Notes: generated from the letters alone by a model not told the origin. DNA of 64,000 bases from an uncultured Ignavibacteriaceae bacterium (GCA_963812305.1 CAWEUT010000025.1:8930-72929); one strand, 5' to 3'; positions 21,417 to 32,325 are shown, numbered from the stretch's first letter. Made by a program: numbers and translations.

Positions 21417-24400
21417 ATGAAAAAATTAAAACACATTTCTCTATTACTAGCTTTTTTTACAATTAGTTTAGCTGCCCAGATGGATGATATTGAATTTCGA
21501 CGATATACCACATCTGATGGGCTATCAACCAACTGGAATATAAATGCAATTGCTCAAGATAAAGATGGTTACATATGGATTGCTACTTCAGAGGGATTGA
21601 ACAGATTCGATGGATATGATTTTAAAGTTTTCCGATATGATCCGCTTAATAGTAACTCATTGAGAACAAATAATGTTACTTCTTTATTGATAGATAGCAA
21701 AAATAGATTTTGGCTTGCCTCTTTCGGAGCACCAAACGGGGGAATTAGTCAATGGAATCCGAAAACGGAAACCTTCATTAATTATGTGCCGGAAAATAGT
21801 GATACGAATTATTTATTTCCCTGGGCTCTTACAAAATTATATGAAGATAGATCGGGAAATATATGGGTTGGTACGGTGGCAGGATTAGATATTTTTAACC
21901 CGGAAACAGGTAAGTACTTACATTATACTGACAAGAAATCAGGATTCTCTTCTTTAGTGCATAATTATATAACTGCAATAATTGAAGATTCAAGGGGAAA
22001 TTTGTGGATTGGTACTTTGGATAGCGGACTAGTAAAATATAATCCTGCAACTAAAGAATTTCAGCGATTTAAATATGAAAAGAGTAATATAAAAAGCTTA
22101 TTGTCAAATCATATTAATTCAATATATGAGGATCCGGATGGTACGCTATTCATTGGAACTAATCTTGGCGGATTACATACTTATAATTACTCCTATAATT
22201 CAATAGTTCGACTGCCGGATAATTCGACCGACTTTCAAAATTTAAGAGCCCCAGTTAGTAAAGGACCGGTGTTCGGACAAAATGGTGGAATTGCTATTAT
22301 CAAACGAACTGGGGACGGAAGCTTGTGGCTTGGAACTTCGAACGGTGGAATAAAGGTTTATGATAATAATTTTTCAAGATTTAATTTGTTCATAAATGAT
22401 CCATTAGATAATACAAGCTTAAGTGACGACTATGTAACAACAATATTTGAAGATAATCAAAATAATATTTGGCTTGGAACGATTTCGCGTGGATTAATGA
22501 AAGTTGTGCCATCTCAATCTTTATTTAAACCAAATGGAAATAATCTAGATTTATTAAACACATTAAAGGAGAAACAAATTCGTGCGATATATGAAAGCAA
22601 CAATGGAAATTTATGGATCGGAACAATAGATGGGCTACTACTTGAGTATGATCCGCAAAAAAAAATAATTAAAGAATTTAAATCCGACCTTACCACTGGT
22701 TCAAAGCATAAACTAAGCGGTCCTGACATCGATGCAATTTATGAAGACAAGGAAGGAATTATCTGGATCGGCACGTTCAGTGGTATAGATAAATATGATC
22801 CTAAAAAAGGTACAGTAAATCATATTCAAGTTAAATATCAGAATGATATAAATGATTTTAATTTAGATATTGAAGCTATTATTGATGCAGATAATGAAAA
22901 TCTTTGGATTGCCGTTTGGGATGCAGGTATATTTAAATTTAATAAGAAGACAACTGTAATTGAATATTATGGTTGGAAGGATTTTGATTCAACAAGTTTA
23001 TCCAATAACCAGGTATTTACTCTTTTCAAATCAAATAAGAGAGATTTGTGGGTGGGTACTTCCGATGGACTAAATTTATTTGATAACTCATCTAAAATTT
23101 TTAAACATTTTTTAATGGGCACAACTGTCAGTTCCATTCAAGAAGATAAAAAAGGAAATATATGGGCTGGAACAAACAATGGACTTTTTAAGCTTGATCT
23201 TATATCTAATATTATTACTCACTATACAAAAGAAAACGGATTGCCTAGCAATTTAATAGGTGGAATTTTAACTGATAAGGAAGATTATCTTTGGATTGGC
23301 ACGTCTGCCGGACTAGTTCGATTTAATCCCAGAGACAAAACATTTCTAAAGTATGATGAATCTGACGGCGCTCAATCAGATCTCTATGAAACCGGTAATT
23401 CATACTTCAAAACAAAAGAGGGACTTTTATTATTTGGAAGTTTCGATGGTATAACTGTATTCGATCCTGCTAAAATAAGACATAGTACTGACCGCCCAAA
23501 GTTTAATAACAGGTAGTTAACATTTTTAATAGCGGGAGTAATTCAGATGTCTTCAGCGCCAAATTATTGGAGAAACCATATTTCAAATTCCTTAACGCTA
23601 AACCATACCGAAAACGAATTAGTATTTGACTATTTGGGCATTCACTTTACTCATTCTAAACGGAACACTTACCAATATAAGCTTGAGCCATATGACCAGA
23701 ACTGGCAACCAATTACCTATCAGAGATCAGCAAGATATACAAATTTAGCCCCGGGGGATTATACTTTTAAAGTTAAAGCTTCAAACAGTGACGGTATTTG
23801 GAGTGAAAAATATGCTTCAATAAACATTACTGTACTTCCCCCGTGGTGGCAAACCTGGTGGGCTTATGCTCTTTATCTTTTGGGATTCGTGAGTTTACTT
23901 GGTGGAGTAAGAAAAGTTGAATTAGATAGAAGAAGAGAAAAAGAAAATAAAAAGCTTCTGCAGCTTGAGAATGATAGAAAAACAAAAGAGCTTGAGGAAG
24001 CACGACAGCTTCAGCTATCTATGCTTCCAAAAGAACTTCCCAAACTTCCTAATCTTGATATTGCAGTGTATATGAAAACTGCAACAGAAGTTGGCGGCGA
24101 TTACTATGATTTTATTGTAGGTCTTGATGGGACGCTTATTGTCGCAATTGGTGATGCAACGGGACACGGAATGAAGGCAGGTACAATTGTCTCAATGGTA
24201 AAAGCACTCTTTGCTTCCGGCGGTTCAAGACTGGAGATGAAAACATATTTTAATCAAAGCAGTGATGCACTTAAAGGAATTGAGTTAGGCAGATTAATGA
24301 TGGCATTTATGATGCTAAAAGTAAAATCAAACAAAATTGAGATTGCCAATGCCGGTATGCCTCCATTATTTATTTACAGACAAAAAACAAAATCAGTTGA

Positions 24401-24694
24401 AGAAATAATGTTAAAAGGAATGCCATTAGGAGCAATTAAAAATTTTCCGTATGAGATAAAAGAAACAGAAATCTCTACCGGTGATACGTTGCTATTGCTG
24501 AGCGATGGATTACCCGAATTGCAGAACGCACATAAAGAACAGTATGGTTATCCCGAATAAAAGATTCATTTGAAAAAGTTGCAGAAAAAAAATCGGAAGA
24601 AATTATTAATTACTATAAGAATGAATCTTCAAAATGGGCAAGTGGTAATGACCCGGATGATGATATTACGTTTGTAGTTATAAAAGTTAAGTAA
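21417..24694 (+). pseudogene. Reg_prop beta-propeller / Y_Y_Y sensor - TM - SpoIIE phosphatase; at least four frame disruptions as assembled
   Basis: Fragments 21417..23516 and 23547..24560 are in the same frame, separated by TAG 23514-23516. Homology runs through three frames across 23495-23590. The C-terminus (KDSFEKVAEKKSEEIINYYKNESSKWASGNDPDDDITFVVIKVK*, stop 24692-24694) is in another frame after about 24555. Y_Y_Y (LVFDYLGIHFTHSKRNTYQYKLEPYDQNW...YTNLAPGDYTFKVKASNSDGIW), a TM helix and SpoIIE motifs are all present. Confidence 0.8.
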
Positions 24695-24717
24695 TAAAAA
24701 TAATGGCATCGACGGTT

Positions 24718-24834
24718 AGAGGTTGGACTAAACTGATTAGTCTAACGCAGGAACTCAACTCCAACCTCTTCTCTTACAAAGAGAAGGGGAATTTTGATTC
24801 TGGTTTAAAAGTCCCTCTCTTTTTAAGAGAGGGA
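24718..24834. repeat. Three consecutive strong hairpins in the spacer after the 21417..24694 gene
   Basis: The three hairpins are agaggttgg(24718-24726)/ccaacctct(24761-24769), cttctct-tacaa-agagaag (24768-24786), and tccctctct-tttta-agagaggga (24812-24834). Confidence 0.65.
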
Positions 24835-24938
24835 TTTAGGGTGAGTTAAATAATTTAAAATAAATTTTAATAGTTTCCATAATATAGGATAGGCTGATTG
24901 TTTATCAATTTCAAAATCAAGTTAACAAGGAAAGTTTT

Positions 24939-27900
24939 ATGAAAGTAACATATTTAAAAAATCTAATTCTACTTATGATTTTTGTTTTTTCATCGCTGCT
25001 TATAGCACAGCAAAAACTAAAAACTGAAGCCAATGCAGATATTGTTGAATACACTAACAGAGAAGGTTTGCCTACGACAAACATTACAAATGGAATTCAA
25101 ACTAAAGATGGTTTTATTTGGATTTCCAGTGTTGAAGGAACATACAGGTTTAATGGATATGAGTTTGAAGAAGTAGGAACAGATATTGGATTACCCACAA
25201 TGCAGAATATGTATTACGATTCAACAAAAAATGTAATGTACTTCGCTTCGCCTGCAAAATTTATAACATTCGATGGAAAAGAATTTAAAGTATATACTGA
25301 AAATGAAGGATATAAAATAAATGGATTATCAGGTCAGTTAATAACTTTTGTTAGAGCTGATAGCAAAGGCAGTATATGGATTGGTTCTTCAACACCATTC
25401 GTAGATAAAAATAATAACGGCGGTCTTACAAAATTTGAAAACGGAAAATTTACAGTTTATGATTCTAAAAATTTCCCTCTTGATAATGCAACAAACTTCA
25501 TTGAAACTCCTTATGGTGATCTAATTTTTAATTCAGCCGGTCGTAATACTCAAACGCGCGAAGGATCGTATGTGGCTTTATTTAAAAATGGGGTCTTCAA
25601 AAGAATTGATGAATCTGCTGGAATAACTTTGCAGAACGCAAGTATGTACCCGGAAGAAAACGTAACAGCAATCGATAAAGAAGGAAATACCTGGCTGCCT
25701 TGTTCTGGTGTTATAAGTGGGTCAGAGGGATCTGAAAAATATTCCGGAGTTTTGATGTATGATGGTAATAAATTTTATCAATTCACGGAATTCAAGAATC
25801 AACTTAAAAGAGATCAATTTCCAATTCAAGTATACTTTAGTTCAAAAATGAATAAGCTGTTCATGACAACTTTAACCAGAGGTGGTGAAATTTTTAATGG
25901 AAAAAATAATAGTGTTTTTGAATTTGAAAATGGTAAATGGAAGGTTTCAAATATTTTACAGGAAATTAATGAAATCAGAGATCTGAAAACAGATAGAGTT
26001 ATTAATGATTTTAATTATCAGAGCGTTTTTTTTCTGAAATCGACTAAATATTTTCCGGAGCGGCTTATATTTCAAGTCACAGCCCAAAATCAAAGTTCAA
26101 AATATCCGAATCAATTATTTTCATTTACGGATAACAAATGGAAAAAATTTGATTCATTTGAATCAGCTCCAGGTATAGTGTTAAGTGATGGAGTTGCAAT
26201 GAAAACTTCAAAAGGCATCGCAATTTATTATCCCAACTATTCCAGAATGCTTACCTCAAAAGATGGCTTGCTGGTTACTCAATCTGGAATTGTAACACCT
26301 TATACAGATTATAGTGGGTTGGTCTGGTTTTCATATTCATATACTGATTTACCGGCTTACGCCTTAACTGCCAATGTTGGAATTAATGTTTGGGATGGAA
26401 AAAAATTAAGAACAATTACAGAAAAAGAAGGGCTTGCAAGTAATATAACATTCAAAACGTTTCAAGATAGTAAAAAAAGAGTTTGGATTACCACCTCAAA
26501 AGGTTTGACGATGATTCGGGAAATTAAAAACAGCGAGGGTGAACAAATATTTAAAATGAATTCAATTTTAAGTGAAGAAGGAAAATCTTATAATACTTCT
26601 AGTATACTCGAATCAAAAAGTGGTGATATTTATGCATGGCAAAATTATGTTAGACCCGAATCAGAGGATCTTATAGAAGCCGATTACTACCTGGGACGAT
26701 TAGAAGGAGAGAAGTTCGTTAAAATAAATTCACCTTTTAGTGATGTTGATAATGGTAAAAAATATCAGCTGTTTGATCTTAAGGAAGATAATAAAGGAAG
26801 GCTATGGCTCTTTGGATTATTCTCTGATAATATTAAGGATATAACATCTGTCCAGTCAAAAATAATGTTGTACGATGGTAAATCATGGTCAAAGCCTCCG
26901 GAAAACTGGAACGTTCCAACTGATCAATTGCACTTTGTAGGTAAGTTAAAAAACGGAATGTACTTTTTAACGGTTGGTGGCTTTTATGTTTTTAACGGAA
27001 ACGGTTTTGTGAATTTAATTGATAGTGTAAATGCCACTGCTGATTTTAGAATTTTGAAAGGTGCAAGTGTTATTGGAACAAAAACAGACATACAGGCAGG
27101 AGATAATTTATATATACGGCTGAGAGGCAGAGGACTTGCAATCTTTGATGGTACAAACTTAAATTATTTCACAAAAAAGAATGGGCTTCTATCTACTAAT
27201 CTTTCAAATCCTATTGTCGATGAAATTAGAGACGCAGTTTATTTTTCGTCTCCTTCAGGTGCATTAAAAATAAGCGGGAATAAATTTCAAACGTTCTATC
27301 ATGATGAAAGTGTTGCCAGCGGCGGTCCCTATATTTCCGCGATGGATGGATTCGGAAATATGATTGAGTTTTATAACGGAGTGGGTCTTTACATTAATAA
27401 GAGTGAAGAAAAAAATTATCCATTATTAATTTCGTCTGTATCCATCAGCGGCCAATCTCATTACTACAATTTTCCAGATGAATTACCATATTCTCAAAAT
27501 TCTTTTATATTCAATTATGCTGCGTTGAATTTCAAAGATCCGAAACAAACAACCTATGAACATTTTCTTGAAGGCTTCGATAAAGGCTGGTCAAAAGCAA
27601 GCAATCTTCCTTTTGCAGAGTACCAAAATCTTCCTTTTGGTAAATACACATTCAAAGTACGTGGTATTACTTCAAATGGCGCAAAAACAAATGAAGCTTC
27701 TTATTCGTTTCAGGTAAATCCACCAATCTGGCGGACCTGGTGGGCATACTTGTGCTATGTTATTGCTTTTGGATTGGCTTTAGTTGGAATAAGAAAGTTT
27801 GAGTTAGAGAGAAGAAAAGAAAACGAAAATAAAAAATTCCTTCAGCTTGAGAATGATAGAAAGACAAAAGAACTTGATGAAGCCAAACAGCTTCAGCTTT

Positions 27901-28577
27901 CAATGCTTCCTAAACAGCTTCCATCCGTTCCTCACTTGGATATTGCAGTATTTATGAAAACAGCAACAGAAGTCGGCGGTGATTATTATGATTTTCATGT
28001 TCATATGGATGGAACATTAACCGTAATACTTGGAGATGCAACAGGACATGGTATGATGTCCGGAATGATGGTTTCAATTATGAAATCTCTATTTATGTCA
28101 GACAGAACAAACAAAGAACTTAAACCATTCTTTGAAAATGCGAATGAAGCGATAAAGGATATGCAGCTTGGCAGACTAATGATGGCTCTTACTTGTGTGC
28201 AAATCAGCAATAATAAAATTATAACCACAAATGCCGGTATGCCGCCGTTATTTATTTACAGAAATAATTCACAAACAATTGAAGAAGTTGTAATTAACAA
28301 TTTGCCTCTTGGTGCGATGAAGGGAATCATATATGATATTAAAGAAATCAAGATAGAAAGGGGAGATACACTATTATTAATGAGTGATGGTTTTGCAGAA
28401 CTAAAAAATCAAAATCAGGAGATGTACGGCTACAAGAGAGCAAGAAATAGTTTTGAGGAATCTGCAAAGAGAGAACCGGAAGAGATTATCACATTTTTAA
28501 GAGCAGAAGCCAGATGCTGGACAAATGATAAAGAACCCGATGATGATGTGACGTTTGTAGTGATCAAGATTAAATAA
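24939..28577 (+). CDS. Large extracytoplasmic sensor (divergent propeller-like repeats + Y_Y_Y) - TM - SpoIIE phosphatase
   Basis: Intact 1212-aa ORF. It has a signal peptide, a first blade TKDGFIWISSVEGTYRFNGYEF, Y_Y_Y (FIFNYAALNFKDPKQTTYEHFLEGFDKGW...YQNLPFGKYTFKVRG), TM WAYLCYVIAFGLALVGI, AKQLQLSMLPK, and SpoIIE motifs ending DDDVTFVVIKIK*. It is paralogous over its full length to 28605..32297. Confidence 0.85.
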   Translation: MKVTYLKNLILLMIFVFSSLLIAQQKLKTEANADIVEYTNREGLPTTNITNGIQTKDGFIWISSVEGTYRFNGYEFEEVGTDIGLPTMQNMYYDSTKNVMYFASPAKFITFDGKEFKVYTENEGYKINGLSGQLITFVRADSKGSIWIGSSTPFVDKNNNGGLTKFENGKFTVYDSKNFPLDNATNFIETPYGDLIFNSAGRNTQTREGSYVALFKNGVFKRIDESAGITLQNASMYPEENVTAIDKEGNTWLPCSGVISGSEGSEKYSGVLMYDGNKFYQFTEFKNQLKRDQFPIQVYFSSKMNKLFMTTLTRGGEIFNGKNNSVFEFENGKWKVSNILQEINEIRDLKTDRVINDFNYQSVFFLKSTKYFPERLIFQVTAQNQSSKYPNQLFSFTDNKWKKFDSFESAPGIVLSDGVAMKTSKGIAIYYPNYSRMLTSKDGLLVTQSGIVTPYTDYSGLVWFSYSYTDLPAYALTANVGINVWDGKKLRTITEKEGLASNITFKTFQDSKKRVWITTSKGLTMIREIKNSEGEQIFKMNSILSEEGKSYNTSSILESKSGDIYAWQNYVRPESEDLIEADYYLGRLEGEKFVKINSPFSDVDNGKKYQLFDLKEDNKGRLWLFGLFSDNIKDITSVQSKIMLYDGKSWSKPPENWNVPTDQLHFVGKLKNGMYFLTVGGFYVFNGNGFVNLIDSVNATADFRILKGASVIGTKTDIQAGDNLYIRLRGRGLAIFDGTNLNYFTKKNGLLSTNLSNPIVDEIRDAVYFSSPSGALKISGNKFQTFYHDESVASGGPYISAMDGFGNMIEFYNGVGLYINKSEEKNYPLLISSVSISGQSHYYNFPDELPYSQNSFIFNYAALNFKDPKQTTYEHFLEGFDKGWSKASNLPFAEYQNLPFGKYTFKVRGITSNGAKTNEASYSFQVNPPIWRTWWAYLCYVIAFGLALVGIRKFELERRKENENKKFLQLENDRKTKELDEAKQLQLSMLPKQLPSVPHLDIAVFMKTATEVGGDYYDFHVHMDGTLTVILGDATGHGMMSGMMVSIMKSLFMSDRTNKELKPFFENANEAIKDMQLGRLMMALTCVQISNNKIITTNAGMPPLFIYRNNSQTIEEVVINNLPLGAMKGIIYDIKEIKIERGDTLLLMSDGFAELKNQNQEMYGYKRARNSFEESAKREPEEIITFLRAEARCWTNDKEPDDDVTFVVIKIK

Positions 28578-28604
28578 AAATGTATTCATAATAGAAACTG
28601 AGAA

Positions 28605-31600
28605 ATGAAAAAAATAAATATTCTAATCCATACAATATTATTTTCAATTTTTATCTTAAATAGCAGCGTTGCTCAACAGAGATATAAATCTGAAGCCAAT
28701 GCTGATTTAGTTAAATATACTATAAAAGATGGTTTGCCAATCACCAACATTGCCAGTGTTTCGCAAACGGCGGATGGTTACGTTTGGATATCCGGTTTAG
28801 AAGGAACGGTACGCTTTAATGGATACGAATTTCAGGAACCCGGTAAAGAATTCGGATTGCCGGATATGCAGTCTAACTATTATGACTCCACTACTAATAC
28901 AATGTATTTTGCTTCGCCAAATAAATTTCTAATTCTAAAAGAAAATAAATTTCAATCATTCACTAAAGAAGATGGTTACAAAACATCTGGGTTGCCGGGC
29001 AGATCTGTTTCATTTATAAAAAAGGACAGCAAAAACAGAGTCTGGATTGGCACAACAACATTATATATAGATTCTAAAAACAATGGTAGTTTAACACTTT
29101 TTGAAAACGGAAAATTTACCTTATTTGATTCTACAACATTTCCGTTACATAACTGTACTGATATGTTTGAAACACCCTACGGAGATTTAATTTTTCTTTC
29201 TGATGGCAAAAATACTTCGACTCAAACCGAGGCTTACATAGCACTTTATAAGAATGATAAATTCAAAAAAATAGATAAAACCAAAGGTGTAATGTATTAT
29301 GGAACTAAATATTCGTACGAGAAAGTTTTGCCGGTTACTGATGATAAAGGCAATATGTGGATCCCGTTTATCGGCAGTGGAATACTTAATGAATTAACAA
29401 GTGGTACTTCCGGGGTTTTAATGTATGATGGGAAAGATTTTCATACATACCCTGGTCTCGAAAAATATCTCGTTGGAAATACCAGGGTAACATCTGTTTT
29501 ATATTTAGAAAAAGATAATGGCATCTATGCAACTATAGCTGATATTAATGGGACTGTCTATTCAAAAAATTCCAACATTCTCTTTAAACTGGTTAATAAT
29601 AAATGGGAAAAGGTTGATTTATATAAGGACACAGGTCCTATAACAGATTTATCAACAGAAGATAAAATACCGGATTATAAATTTTCTTATGCAAAACTCA
29701 TTCCCGGTAACAATATATTTCCTGATTTACTTTTAGTGGGCGTTCTTGAAGAGACGATAACTGCAGAGCACAATGATCAATATTTTTATTTTGATGGCAG
29801 ATGGAAAAAGTATGATGGTTTTAAAGGATTCCCATTGTCTCCAATAAATGATGCAGAAGTTATTCTTAACCCGCTTGGATTTAGTTTTTACTTTCCGAAT
29901 AAATCTATTTTTCTAAAAGGGAGTGATGGCTTAAGCGGAATCAAAACTCAATATCCATACATGTATTCCGATAAAAATGGAATTATATGGATATATTTTT
30001 CTTGGATAGAAAATCCTCCGGATGTTCTTTTTGGTAATGATGGACTAAATGTATGGGATGGTACTAAACTTCATAAAATTACCACAAATGAAGGATTAAG
30101 CAGTAATACTGTACTTAGGGTATTTGAGGATTCGAAAGGTAGAATTTGGCTGACTACAGATAAAGGATTGGATTTAGCAAAAGCAATTTCAACAAGAAAA
30201 GACCAATGGGTTATAAAAATAAATCCTATTAAAAAGAATGATGGTAAAATTTATGTCTCCTCTTATATCCTTGAAACCAAATCGGGTGATATTTTTACCT
30301 GGCAGAATTATGTTCGAACCGCTTACGGTAATGTACCTCAAGCAGATTTTTTCTTAGGAAAATTAGTTGACGATAAAATTGTTGAAATACCAAACCCGCT
30401 GCCTGATAATTTAAAAAAAATAAAATATCAGGAACATAATCTTTATGAATTGCCTAACGGAAATTTATTGCTGGCAAGCAGTTATTCCGAATCTGCTTCG
30501 AATTTGGAATCAAGTAAATCAAATTTGTTAATTTATGATTTTAAAAAATGGTCAGAACCACCATCGAGTTGGAATGTTCCCGAGGAAATCTTGAACTATG
30601 TTGGAACAGTCAACAACAAAATGTATTTCTTAAGTCCGGGACATTTTTACAGTTTCGATGGGGCTAAATTCATCGATCTTTCCGATAGTGTAAATAGTAA
30701 TGCTGATTTCCGAATTCTTAAAGAGGCAAACACTGCGGGTACAACTACGAATATTCAGGCAGGGAATTATTTATATATTCGTCTCCGCCTTAAGGGTATG
30801 GCAATTTTTGATGGGACAAAGCTGGACTTTTATACTACAAAAAATGGATTGCCAACGGCGAATATTTATAACCCGCTTACTGATCTGAAAGGGAATGTAT
30901 ATTTCATTCATAATTTAGGCGGATTGATTATAAATGGCGAAAGGTTTAATACATATTATAATGATAATTCTTCTTTTGCAGGTCAAAGTGCAATAACTCA
31001 GGATCGTAACGGCAGCATTTTAACATGGTATAATAATTTTGGTGTATATGTTGATAGAGAAAACAAATCACAAGGAAGTATTAATTTATCTTCTATAAAA
31101 GTTAATTCATCTCAATATTTCTACAATAAACCATCTGAATATACATATTCTGATAACTCATTTATTTTTAATTACTCAACTCTAAATTACAAAGATCCCA
31201 AATCTGCAATCTACCAGCACAAATTGGAAGGATATGATTTGGATTGGTCAAAATCCAGCAACTTACAATTTTCCGAATATCAGAATGTACCGCCGGGTGA
31301 CTATGTGTTTAAGGTTATAGCAATAGATAAAGCAGGTTCAAAAGCTAATCAGGTTACCTACGCTTTTACAATATCACCTCCATTCTGGAAAACCTGGTGG
31401 GCATATGCATTTTATGCTTTTCTTTTCGGTGGATTTCTGTTCTCAGTTAGAAAGTTTGAATTAAACAGACAACGAAAGAATACCGCTATCAGAGAAAGTC
31501 AGTTGCGGGCAGAAGCAGCTGAACTCCAGGCTAAAGCCGCAGAGGCACAGTCAAAAGTAATTCAAGCTGAGAATGATAGAAAATCCATTGAGCTTGAAGA

Positions 31601-32297
31601 AGCCAGACAATTACAATTATCTATGCTTCCTAAAGAACTTCCGCAATTACCAAATCTTGAAATTGCAGTTTATATGAAAACTGCAACAGAAGTTGGAGGT
31701 GATTATTATGACTTCTCAACAAAGAATGACGGATCGTTAAATATTGTATTAGGTGATGCAACCGGACATGGAATGAAAGCAGGCACTCTTGTTTCAATGA
31801 TGAAATCACTTTTCACTGCAAATTCAATAGACAAAAGTCTGGAAGATTTTTTTAACACATCTAATGAAGCGTTAAAAAATTCAAGACTGGATAAAATGAT
31901 GATGGCTTTTGCAATGATAAATATTAATTCCAATAAACTAAAAATTGCAAATGCAGGAATACCTCCAGTTTATATTTATAGAAAAAAGAAAAATGATGTT
32001 GAAGAAATAAACCTTTACGGGCTGCCGCTTGGGGCAATGTATAATTCTAAATATGATATTTATGAAAGTGATCTTGCAGGAGGCGATACAATTTTATTGT
32101 TAAGTGATGGATTACCCGAATTGAAGAATGAAAAAGACGAGCAGTATAATTACGTAAGAGTAAAGGATGAATTCAAATCAGCAGCACAAAAAAGTCCACA
32201 TGAAATTGTTGAGCATTTAAACAACTCAGCATCTCAGTGGATTAACGGAGTAGAACCAGATGACGATGTAACGTTTGTTGTAATAAAAGTAAAATGA
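28605..32297 (+). CDS. Large extracytoplasmic sensor (divergent propeller-like repeats + Y_Y_Y) - TM - SpoIIE phosphatase
   Basis: Intact 1230-aa ORF that starts 27 nt after the previous stop and has the same architecture as 24939..28577. Y_Y_Y FIFNYSTLNYKDPKSAIYQHKLEGYDLDW...YQNVPPGDYVFKV, TM WAYAFYAFLFGGFLFSV, and SpoIIE motifs ending DDDVTFVVIKVK*. Confidence 0.85.
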   Translation: MKKINILIHTILFSIFILNSSVAQQRYKSEANADLVKYTIKDGLPITNIASVSQTADGYVWISGLEGTVRFNGYEFQEPGKEFGLPDMQSNYYDSTTNTMYFASPNKFLILKENKFQSFTKEDGYKTSGLPGRSVSFIKKDSKNRVWIGTTTLYIDSKNNGSLTLFENGKFTLFDSTTFPLHNCTDMFETPYGDLIFLSDGKNTSTQTEAYIALYKNDKFKKIDKTKGVMYYGTKYSYEKVLPVTDDKGNMWIPFIGSGILNELTSGTSGVLMYDGKDFHTYPGLEKYLVGNTRVTSVLYLEKDNGIYATIADINGTVYSKNSNILFKLVNNKWEKVDLYKDTGPITDLSTEDKIPDYKFSYAKLIPGNNIFPDLLLVGVLEETITAEHNDQYFYFDGRWKKYDGFKGFPLSPINDAEVILNPLGFSFYFPNKSIFLKGSDGLSGIKTQYPYMYSDKNGIIWIYFSWIENPPDVLFGNDGLNVWDGTKLHKITTNEGLSSNTVLRVFEDSKGRIWLTTDKGLDLAKAISTRKDQWVIKINPIKKNDGKIYVSSYILETKSGDIFTWQNYVRTAYGNVPQADFFLGKLVDDKIVEIPNPLPDNLKKIKYQEHNLYELPNGNLLLASSYSESASNLESSKSNLLIYDFKKWSEPPSSWNVPEEILNYVGTVNNKMYFLSPGHFYSFDGAKFIDLSDSVNSNADFRILKEANTAGTTTNIQAGNYLYIRLRLKGMAIFDGTKLDFYTTKNGLPTANIYNPLTDLKGNVYFIHNLGGLIINGERFNTYYNDNSSFAGQSAITQDRNGSILTWYNNFGVYVDRENKSQGSINLSSIKVNSSQYFYNKPSEYTYSDNSFIFNYSTLNYKDPKSAIYQHKLEGYDLDWSKSSNLQFSEYQNVPPGDYVFKVIAIDKAGSKANQVTYAFTISPPFWKTWWAYAFYAFLFGGFLFSVRKFELNRQRKNTAIRESQLRAEAAELQAKAAEAQSKVIQAENDRKSIELEEARQLQLSMLPKELPQLPNLEIAVYMKTATEVGGDYYDFSTKNDGSLNIVLGDATGHGMKAGTLVSMMKSLFTANSIDKSLEDFFNTSNEALKNSRLDKMMMAFAMININSNKLKIANAGIPPVYIYRKKKNDVEEINLYGLPLGAMYNSKYDIYESDLAGGDTILLLSDGLPELKNEKDEQYNYVRVKDEFKSAAQKSPHEIVEHLNNSASQWINGVEPDDDVTFVVIKVK

Positions 32298-32325
32298 TAT
32301 TCATAAAATTATTAATGGAACAAAT

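Noticed and set aside
23514-23516. In-frame TAG between 21417..23516 and 23547..24560 as a possible recoded or read-through stop
   Set aside because: Paralog homology leaves frame 0 before the TAG and returns after it, through three single-base shifts. The TAG is therefore not in the ancestral reading frame. No other evidence of stop-codon reassignment exists in the window.
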